The notes below the pieces were generated by a model. That model ran no database searches and was not told the origin of the DNA. It saw nothing but the letters and a program-made list of their open reading frames with translations. Of a stretch of 64,000 nucleotides of DNA, positions 1-9,800 are shown one piece after another. This stretch comes from Corallochytrium limacisporum Hawaii. Taxonomy: Eukaryota; Protista; Pluriformea. The translations under genes and the position numbers were made by a program. Each line of letters opens with the position of its first letter. The stretch's first letter is position 1. The stretch spans positions 54,452-118,451 of the forward strand of contig PDIP01000012.1 in NCBI GenBank assembly GCA_002811645.1, read 5' to 3'.

Positions 1-110
1 AAATCAAATGTGATAAGATTTATTTGATTCAAAGAAGGTTGCGACCCTATAAACCTAAATTCCTCCTTAACTTATGGGGCAGAGGTTGGTACGGGTTTTC
101 AAATGTTTTG

Positions 111-282
111 GTAAGCATCAAATTTTTGTCGCCCGGAGGCAAGTATTGGTGCCAGGAAAGGGGGAAAAATGTCCGTCTCGTTGTGATCTATGAAATTGGC
201 TTAGGATTTGGGTTTCACTGTTGCGCATGCACTTAAACTGTTTGTCTATGCTAAACACAAGTATTTCAAAGATTAATAACAG
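111..282 (+). other. candidate spliceosomal intron in the 5' UTR of the amino acid transporter gene
   Basis: Donor GTAAGC at 111, CTAAAC branch-like motif near 251 and acceptor TAACAG ending at 282. Motif-based only. Confidence 0.5.
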
Positions 283-287
283 TACAA

Positions 288-359
288 ATGTCAGCCATGG
301 CCTCTAGTGTGAACCACCCCGAGGACTATAGCAGAAGGATCGAGGCAATGATATGTTGA
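288..359 (+). promoter_or_regulatory. upstream ORF (23 aa, MSAMASSVNHPEDYSRRIEAMIC*) in frame with the transporter CDS
   Basis: ATG at 288 and TGA at 357-359, in the same frame as the main ATG at 408, with no further stop in between. Confidence 0.45.
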
Positions 360-407
360 AGGAAAATTGAACAATGTAAGTGTGGCAAAGAATCAGTTTT
401 CTTGGCC

Positions 408-2360
408 ATGGTTGAACACAAATACGCAGATTGGGAGTCCTGGTTGCCCCAGGGCGAGCATGCAGAGCATGGCGACGAAGAGACCATTTCTGAGGAAGAT
501 TCGTCACACCGGGACTTGTCGGACCAGTCTCTGCCGGGACGCAGTCGAAGTTTTCACAGGGGAAGATCCCATTCAGAAACGACACCGTCTCCTACATTCT
601 TCAGAAAAACTTGGCAACAGTTCAGTAGCTTTTTTACGGGCGGACTACGGCACAACCGTGAGGGACTTCTCAGCGCCACGAGCGTACAGAGCGCAAGTGG
701 GTACGGCACAGAGTCCAGTCGAACAGTTGTTGGGCGGATTCCAGGAGGCAACAAGGTACCGCAGTGTATGAGCGAAACAGAAGCTCAAAATGCACCACTA
801 CGCCCCAAACACAAGCATACTAACGGCCAGGGGACGTACAAGCCCCTTCTCGGCCCCATCTCATATAGCACAGGCGGAGTCGGGAGCAGCTCCGACTCAC
901 AGTCGACGCATCTGCGGCCACAGCATTACAACAACCATCAGCACCGAGGCAACCACTACTACCATGGACAGGATCCGTATTATCTCAAGGAAATTGGCAT
1001 CGCAACTTGTGTTATTGAACTACTGGCGTTGACTATTGGTGGCGGTCTGTTAACTTTGCCATTCGGTTTTGCCCACGCTGGCGCGATCGTGAGCACCGTG
1101 CTGGTCGTTCTAGTGGCGTTTACAACGGGCCAGGGATTGCATTTCCTAATGACGTGTCGTAATTTATGCCATGAAGATGTCAATTACGATGGCATAGCGA
1201 GAGCAGCTTTCGGAGCAAAGGCAGAATACGCCATTGGTATTATGCTAATCACCCTCAGCCAGTTAGTCATGGTAGCCTACTTTGTGCTAGTAGCTGACAG
1301 TGTTGTTGGAATAGCCGCAAATGTTACCGATTCGGCGAGAAAGCTATGGCACGTACGGATCATTACCATTGTGATCTGCTCTGCAATTGTAATGCCGCTG
1401 GCCAGCATGAATACTCAGCGACAGATTTGGTGGGTCAATCGGGCTCTGCTGTTCACACTGTTCGCCACTGCGGTGGTCATTGTAATCTATTCTGCCATGT
1501 GCCATCCGGTGTGTATCGATGAGGCTCATCCGACTATACCGTACCAGCATCACAATTGGGCCGACAGGCGTAGCCCCTCTGGGTGGTTCCTCTGGTCTCT
1601 GTTCGATATTGACGACCACAAAGCACACCCGAGCCCTGCCGCTGCTTCCTCTGGTTTCACTTGGAGCATACTCTGGCCAGGCACACCATTGGCTTTTTCG
1701 CTGATCACGCTTAGTTTCCTCAGCCATTTTCACGCCCTACCAGTGGTACGGCGGCTCAGTAACCCGACCCCGAATCGCACGACCAAGACGATCGTGTACT
1801 CAGGCGCGAGTGCATCACTGTTCTATGTTGCATTTGCTATGGCTGCCTACCGACAGTTCCGGTGGGAAGTCTACGACAATATCCTGAACAACTACCGCCG
1901 CAATGATGTGGTCATCAACATCTCGCGTGTATCACTGGCGCTTCTATTCCTTCTGTCCATGCCGCACAATGTGGCTTTCAGTCGCAAGGTCATGTTGCGT
2001 GTCTTCTTGCCAAGCAACCTGCTGAACAACGGTGACAAGAAGCCACCTCGTGCCGTGGCATGGACCATCAATGGCCTTCTGGTCGCCGTCTGCGCAATTC
2101 TCGCCATCTGGCTCAGTCATGTGGGCATCATCTGGGTCTTCCTAGGTAGTACACTGGCCATCTGGGCTATGTATGTGCTGCCTCCGATCTTTTACCTGAA
2201 ACTCCGGCCCAAGCGCACCTTCTTCCTGGACGTTAAGGGCCTGATTGCGCTGTGTATGCTCATTGGTGGTATTATGGCATCATTGTTGTGTATTGCTGCA
2301 TTGGTTGACGTCACGCTGTCGGAGAACGGTTGGGAACCGGGTCGAACACCCTTGGCATGA
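408..2360 (+). CDS. amino acid transporter, Aa_trans/SLC38 (AAAP) family, with a long disordered N-terminus
   Basis: About 11 hydrophobic segments. Motifs TIGGGLLTLPFGF, SFLSHFHALP, DNILNNY and YVLPPIFY. First ATG is at 408 (the ORF track starts at TTG 402). Confidence 0.85.
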   Translation: MVEHKYADWESWLPQGEHAEHGDEETISEEDSSHRDLSDQSLPGRSRSFHRGRSHSETTPSPTFFRKTWQQFSSFFTGGLRHNREGLLSATSVQSASGYGTESSRTVVGRIPGGNKVPQCMSETEAQNAPLRPKHKHTNGQGTYKPLLGPISYSTGGVGSSSDSQSTHLRPQHYNNHQHRGNHYYHGQDPYYLKEIGIATCVIELLALTIGGGLLTLPFGFAHAGAIVSTVLVVLVAFTTGQGLHFLMTCRNLCHEDVNYDGIARAAFGAKAEYAIGIMLITLSQLVMVAYFVLVADSVVGIAANVTDSARKLWHVRIITIVICSAIVMPLASMNTQRQIWWVNRALLFTLFATAVVIVIYSAMCHPVCIDEAHPTIPYQHHNWADRRSPSGWFLWSLFDIDDHKAHPSPAAASSGFTWSILWPGTPLAFSLITLSFLSHFHALPVVRRLSNPTPNRTTKTIVYSGASASLFYVAFAMAAYRQFRWEVYDNILNNYRRNDVVINISRVSLALLFLLSMPHNVAFSRKVMLRVFLPSNLLNNGDKKPPRAVAWTINGLLVAVCAILAIWLSHVGIIWVFLGSTLAIWAMYVLPPIFYLKLRPKRTFFLDVKGLIALCMLIGGIMASLLCIAALVDVTLSENGWEPGRTPLA

Positions 2361-2465
2361 GACATCAGAAGAGATTCATAGATTGGTATAAGCTGATGAA
2401 AAGAGAAAATTGTATGTGACAATTAAAATGCCTACGATAGGGTTTGGCGTGATCAATATGACATT

Positions 2466-3068
2466 CTAAATACGTGGCGCTCCGTACGCATCCGGCATGC
2501 GCTCTATAGTAAACTTGCGCTGCGCAATATACATAATTGGCACACCGGGTACCTTGCGAATGCGCCGCTTTAGGTCCTTATCACAGGTCGCGACAATGAA
2601 GCACTTAAACGTTGACACGCGTTCCACAATGCAGTCATCGGCGTACGTTCCCTTGTGCGAGCACGGCAGGCGCAAGAAGCGCGGATCCTTGGCAATGCGT
2701 AATGCCACACGATATTTTGGTCCCAACTTCTCTAATTCTGCCATTACGCAATCCGTGATGCATGGGATGCACTTGGCAAAGAGACAGTCCATGGCCGCTT
2801 GGACAATTTCTAGTTTGTTCTGAATGCTAAAGTTAATAAAGTTTGTGTCCAAAATGATGTGGTAGGGTGGTCCGAGCTGGGTATTGTACTTGAAAAACAG
2901 AGCGCTACTGTACTGTTGCACTTCCCGTGGTTTCTCCTTCTTGGCCTTGCCTTCTTGTTTCCGCTTCAGGCGCTCCTGTGTGGACTTCAGTCTAGAATCG
3001 TTAGGGTTGATCCGTTTCTTTACCTGTGCTGCCACACTATGTTTCCGCACTTTCTTTGCTTTTCCCAT
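2466..3068 (-). CDS. FCF1: rRNA-processing PIN-domain nuclease Fcf1/Utp24
   Basis: LGPPYHIILDTNFINFS, CSHKGTYADDC, VATCDKDLKRRIRKVPGVP. C-terminal RMPDAYGAPRI is animal-like. Confidence 0.97.
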   Translation of the reverse strand: MGKAKKVRKHSVAAQVKKRINPNDSRLKSTQERLKRKQEGKAKKEKPREVQQYSSALFFKYNTQLGPPYHIILDTNFINFSIQNKLEIVQAAMDCLFAKCIPCITDCVMAELEKLGPKYRVALRIAKDPRFLRLPCSHKGTYADDCIVERVSTFKCFIVATCDKDLKRRIRKVPGVPIMYIAQRKFTIERMPDAYGAPRI

Positions 3069-3842
3069 GGCTCTGTCTGTTTGTATTTACTTTCAGTTGA
3101 GTGCATATGATCTCTGGTAGGGTACTTGTCCGGCCGGAAGCTCTCCGTCAAGCAAGTTCCAGAGTTCCGGTAATTGAATGTTTACAGATAAATTAATAGA
3201 TCTATGAACTGAAATTATTGGAATTGAACTATTTACATATCATAGTTGATAGAGATAGCCTTCCCTTGTCTCTTCAACCTGCTTAGTCATGGGCATGCTC
3301 CGTTCCATGGTCACGCACGCGATCTCGTCCGCAGGGCCTACCGTGGAAGACCCGCGTGAAAACCCGCGTTACCTCTGTAATATTCCGTATGTTTAAATTG
3401 AGAACTTAAAGTCAAATTTGACCGTGTATAGATTATTTCAGAGATTCTAATTTTCAGAGCAAATATAATAGAAATTAATCCGTATGAAATATACCCCTCC
3501 CGTAGCGCGGGCCAAGTTACGGGGCCGAAAGAAATGGGCTATTAAAGCCACTGGCGCGTTAACTCTCTAATCCCAATTGCGAGCTAGGAGATGCAGCACA
3601 ACAGAGACTCTCAGAAGTCCTGTTCAGTTTCTGATCTGAACTCTTAGACAAACGACTCAGAGCGGCGAAGACGCATATATACGGGATTGGCACCATGAGA
3701 TATGATTTCCCGTGAACGAACCCTCGACATGTAAAGCCCTAAAGTTGGATCTCTTTGGAAGTGACGCAGGTGATCATGGGGACGTTGCGTGTACAGTCAA
3801 CGCTGTATCGTCAGGGTTAAAGTGTAGATCCAGAGTGTAGCC

Positions 3843-6800
3843 ATGAGCAGCCGGGCCTCCCCACGGGCACCGAACCGGGATCTCACTCGGGAGTATAAGG
3901 CATTCGACGAGTCACTCAAGAAGATTCTTCGATCATTTGAGTCATGTAAGGAATGGACGGACCTAATTGCTTTCCTGAGCAGACTGCTTAAATGCATGGA
4001 GCAGTATGTGCCGGTTCTACGCCGGCTCTTGCACAAGCAAGCGGTTTGCAAACGCTTAGCGCAGTGCCTCAACCCGGAATTGCCCTATGGCGTCCACCTA
4101 AAGACGCTAGAGGTCTACGACGTGATCTTCAGCGACGTTGAGCAGGAGCGGCTTGTGCAGGACATTCACTTATACGGGCTAGGGCTGTTTCCGGCATTTG
4201 CAGGTGCCACAATTACTGTACGGTCAGCCTTGTTAACGTTCTATCGCCAACGAATGCTACCGCTTGCCTCGTCGCTGACAAACGTACTGCCGGGCCTCAT
4301 CCCTGCAATGCTGCCTGGCCTTGAGGAAGGCAGTGAACATATGAACGAGACTACTCAACTTCTTTCCGATATATGTGCGGTGACAGGTGTTGGGAAGGTG
4401 GTGACAACGCTATGGAACGTGATCAGTGATGGCATGCAATATCGCCTGCAGGCACTTGACTTCATTAATCTTCTGCTGACTTCACCGACTATGGCCAAGA
4501 GAGCCGGTATCGGGTTCACCACACTCCCGTCACAATTTCAGGAAGAGCCAGAGGGCGAGTTGGTGGAGTCAGGACATGACGCTGAAACCACCGGTGGAGA
4601 AGGACGGGCGTTCGATCGCACTATGGGTATGGCGCTATTAGCGGCAAAGGGTCACAGCATCCCTGCATGTATTTCCGGTTTGCTGGCCGGTCTTGAGGAT
4701 TCCCAGATCCTCATCCAGCGCGTTGCACTCGACGTGACGAGTCGTCTGATTGATTTAACGAAAGAAGAACAGGCCTTTAGGGAAGAGCATATTGTCCGGG
4801 CTGTAGCGGCCAGTCTTGAGGTCCTGCAACGCCTAAATTCGGGACTGACTCGCCGCTTGTACGCATGGTGGCTGAATAATGTCAACGGTGGAGGCATGGA
4901 TGGTCCTGGGTTCGAGACCATTCCGGATATTACGAAGCGGCGCATCGTCAGTGGTATCATTAGGGTCCTGAAGAAGCCACTTTGGGATATGGGGCTGGAA
5001 AAGCCTTTTGAGGTAGAACGTGCCGCTCTCGAATCAACCACATCCAAGGCAGCTGCGAAGCACATCCAGAGAACTGCAAAAGCGTTGGTTTTAGTGTTTA
5101 GTCGTCATGATGCAGTGATTGCCTTCATGCCGTCATTCCTGCGCGAGGTATTCATGACGATTTTACAGGGGTCGGAGCTGGTTGCGAATGCACAGGAAGG
5201 AGAAGGATCCGCAGCAGGGCAGATCTCCGTATTGCGTGCACAGGAGGTATCCAAGCTGGTCGATTTGATGCTTATCAATGTGCAGAAACTGATTGAGGGC
5301 ACAGATGCCACTATGGTATGGTCTGTCCTTACAGAAATCTGGGAGGATCGTCAGTTTGATACACTGGCTTTGCTCAATCTGCTCATCAGCTCAGAGTTTA
5401 TCATGCCTGAGTATTACGCAGACGATGGTGCTGTTATTTTTCTGGAACAGTTATTCAAGTACGTAAAGCAGATTCTGGAGCAAGAAGGATCAGCGTTTGA
5501 TATGATTCACAGTGATACCATGCTTAGTGCCATCTTTGCAGTCTGCAATGAGATCTTCCACAACATCGTCTGCATAACAGCTGGACTTAAGCTAAAGGAG
5601 CGAAAGCATCGTCAAAGATCGCAAAGTCCGGCGTTCAGCGACACAGACAACATCCGCATGAGCCCCATGCAAGAGACATCGGAGCAAGCGCATCCCCAAG
5701 TAATGATGAAGCGGAGCGGATCCTTCTTCCATGAGGAAATGATGGCCTACGAAGAAGTCAAGTCCATACTTTACGATGGTCCGCCTGACCGCGGCTGGAC
5801 GGCTCATGGATTGATTGCGCGTCAGCAGGGCCGGCTCTTGGAGCTTATACTTATGTATTGTGGGTTTGCGCAGAGACTCTTTGATTCCCGGCTGCAGCTG
5901 TTTGAGAGTCAGGAAGCACAGTTTTGGTACACTGGCGAAGACTTCGATATGGTGGCAAGGCCTTTCTTTACTCTAGCTGCCAAAGTAAATGCACTCTGGT
6001 ACATTCTTGAGAAATGTGACGCGATTCAGAGTCAGACATTTGTGAGCAAGACCCAATGGAATGCCTCTGCCGGGTGGGTGGATGCCGTCACGAACTTCAT
6101 TATCAAGTACGCAAAGCCAACATTCACAAGTGATCTTCTCACACCTGAGGACGCGTGTGACGTATTCCGAGAATCTGCAGAGGACACAAGGGAAACACAC
6201 ATTGTGGTGTTGTCTACCATTCGCTTTTTAATCAATTTGATGACCATCAATTCAGAACTGCCAGTGACCGCCTCAGTAGATGGTGATGTCGAGTGTCCTT
6301 TTGGAGCGAGACTGTATCAAAGAATTCATGTTCACGGGAGGCTCAATTTAATTATGGCCGGCTTCCTGTGGCGTCTTTTGTGCCCAGATCTGCGGCCGAA
6401 CATTAACAATGGCAGCCCAGCTCGCTACCTTGCGCTGCTTAATGACCTCAGCGACTCCCGAGAGCCTGAAATGATCATCGGGAGGGTCTTAAATTGTGGT
6501 ACGGGGCTGAAATCAACAATAAGTGTCTTGGAAGAATCCGGCAACGGTCGCGTGTTTGTTGAAGATCTGAACACTGTGGTGGGTCGAGCTATAGAAACGT
6601 ATGGCATGTTTTTCAAGCTCACCAAAGGGATTGTGGTCTATCCAAGTTTTGCAAGGCCCACTCTCCTCATGCTCGACCTGCTCACCAGTGGTTCAGCAGG
6701 TGGCATGAACTCTGACATGAACCAGAGACTGTTAGTTGTTATTGAGGACATGATCTTAGTACAAACCACTGCACTGCAGGTTAATGCGCGAGTGCACGGT

Positions 6801-9800
6801 GAGGACGATGCTACTCTGCAATTCGCCCGCCTCATGGATCCTCTCATGTCCATCCTACTGGAACCATCCAATATTGGCATTAATCGGGCAAACTCGCCAA
6901 ACGAAGCAACTCTAGGATCTGCGAGGCCTGTGCTATATTCGGAAAGGAGAATCCATGCTGCACTCAAGATTCTACTGTTGTTCATGCGCCAGCGATTAGA
7001 CCTTATTGCTATGATGACCTTGTTGACTCCTGTCACTGGGGTATATATCGAGGTTCTGGCGCAGGGCCAGCTGGATATCTTGCGCATTGTGAACGCGGCG
7101 GGATCTGGAGCACGACAGAAGCTCTCAGACACGAGTGATCGCAAAGTGCAGCAAGAGCTCAGCATTGCCGCTCAACACAGTTTGCAGCTGAAATCACCCT
7201 GCCGAACCATGTTTGATGTCATCGTGTTGGCCACGGTTTTGATTGTTCAAGCAGAGGCACCGATGAGACGGAATCAGAGCGCCAGTGATCTGGCGCATGA
7301 ACTTATCGACTATTCATCCACGCGATTGTTGGCTCTGGAGGTCCTTGCAGAGTGCATGGCTGGCATTGCTTTGTGTATCCAACGGCAGAGCGACAGCCAG
7401 GACATGCGACACATGCGTGTGATCAAGAGCCTCACGAATAGTGCTATCTATAACAATCGAGTCGCATTTCTGCGCTACTATGTTGTCCTGCTTCAAGATG
7501 TGATTCTGAGTACCGACAAGACCAGAACTGATGCCGACATGGCACGTGCGCACAATAACCATGCTCAATACTTCGCAGATGTTCTGATCAAGTCAATTTT
7601 CATGATAATTGGCTTGCCATACACTAACCTGGAAGAGCACTCTGGCCGCTCGACACAACTGGCCGAACCATCACACGGTGAAAAAAGCTCACACGACGAC
7701 CTGCAGGGGTCCCGGATCTCGATGACCAGCCCACATTTTAATCACTTGCGCACAGCAGGTACTAGTGTCCAGAGCCTAGCAGATGTTTTTGCCTCCGGAG
7801 TAGATTGCTACGAGGCCAGCCATGCCATTCTACAGGCTGTCCGCCAGTTTGTGATTGAGAATCGGCGTGGTTCAACTGTATCTGTCGTGACAATGTGGCT
7901 CCAGCATGCGTCATCTCTGCCCCGGGTACTGCCGACGGGTCCTGCGCTGGATGCGTACCATCGCTGCTTCCAACTGGTGTGTGATGGCCTGCAGACAGTG
8001 CGATCGGATCTGATGGCCCACACACAGTCACTGAAGAATGAGATTCGCATCTTTGATTCTCTGCGGGAGCAACAAAGACGCAGTTTGGCGAGACAGAGCC
8101 AGCGCAAAGCGGCAACACCGCTTCCGGTCGGCTCGGAGTTGCCGCCCCGCCTGACCGAGACCGCATGCTTCAAGGAATTGCCCATGCCTCTAGTGACCAT
8201 GAATGTTTTGCAAGAGCTTATGAACATGTTGCGCACTATGCTTGAGGCTGGCATGGTGGCCTCCGATATTGACGAGATCAAAGCCTGGGAAATTGTGCGC
8301 CAGAAGCAGATGATGGGGTCGAGAGATGGCCACTCGTTCAGTTTGGACAATGGCGGCTTATTGGGCAGGGGGAGGGTCATTGACGATGCCGACCTAGTTG
8401 CCGGCAAAACGACTGACACGGACACGAGTGATGGCAAGGGATTCTTTGGTAACCTTTTCGGCAGCAAATCGGCCGAAGAGAAGGATGCCCGGGCTAAGTC
8501 ACATTCAGTCCCTCAAGACGATAATCACGGCGCCCTCCCAGAACACGCGCTGACGCAGCCCAACGTCGGCGACAGTAACCTGTCAATCTGGTACACAGTG
8601 CGATCTACTGTATTGCAGTGGCGCCGCAACGAGTCGCGTATGGATACGCAGCAACTGGCCAAAGCTGGCAGCCACTGGATCCTACCCGTATTGGACCGCA
8701 CTTGTGCGATGTGGGAACACTGTGAGGAACTTTGTACATCGCTACAAAACAAGGCAGGCAAAGCCATTGCCCGCAACCGTTCGATGCCACAGACACCGAT
8801 GCCAGCACGCTTAAGACGTCGCTCTGGTACCACTGACCATTTGTTAAGCACTGGTGGCGATAGGACTCTTCTACACACGGAGGAATCGGATAGTAAGTTG
8901 CTAGCTGCCTTAAATCAGGAGGACCTTCTCCTCTATGGACGCAGTCGTGCGGTGCAAAAACAGGCCATTGAGATCCTTGCACGTGTCTTCTGGCTGGACC
9001 GACACCGCTGCGTTGCCACAGTTCTGCAGCTGCTTGACTTCTTTGACACACCGCAACTGCTCTCGGAGCTTGCCAAGGAGCACATCTTTGCCATGAACAC
9101 CGGAAAATCGGCCAAAGTGGAGGACAAGGCGGACACCGCTCAGTCCAAGTTGCGACATGTTATGCTCCGAATGCTCCTCGGTTCAAAGATTTGCGATCTG
9201 TCAACGCTAATCCGCACCATCCGCGAGCTCATCTTGAATATGCGCTCTGGCAAGACCAGTGTACCCATTGCACCAAACGATGAACAGGCAGATCCCATGG
9301 TCAAAGAAGAAACGGCAATGACATCGCCTAAGACACGTAAGGCATCCACTGCAGCTGATCCTCGCGGCTCTGTTCGCGCCAGTGAGCAAGGCAAGGTGGC
9401 ACGCAGCCGTGAGGCAATAGCGACGGCTTTCAAGCAGCAGCAGCACGCAGCCACCGCGACCAGTGTACTGTACACTGTGTTCAGTTCGACCGAAGCCTCT
9501 CTTTTGCCCATCAGTGATCGCGTTCGGCTCGAAGTAAGCGCCATTCGCCTCGTTGAGGATGCTGTACAGTGGTTTCTGATCCAACGGCGCCAGACTTGGC
9601 AGCTCCTGGGCAGTAGCGCAAGACCATCCGCCCGCGGGGCGGCAAAGAATGACTCTTTGCCCCTTTCTAAGGCAGAATACGTTGATCTACAGGGCATGAT
9701 CTGTTCGTTTGTGAGCGAGGTGCAGGTGTCTGCGGACTCCATCATGGGTGTCGGTAGTGCCTATGGCAGCGCTGCCAAAAAGGACACCAGTGCAGAACGC

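Noticed and set aside
354-359. TGT-TGA read as a Cys-selenocysteine motif
   Set aside because: No SECIS-like stem in the short 3' region (2361-2465), and this transporter family is not a selenoprotein family.
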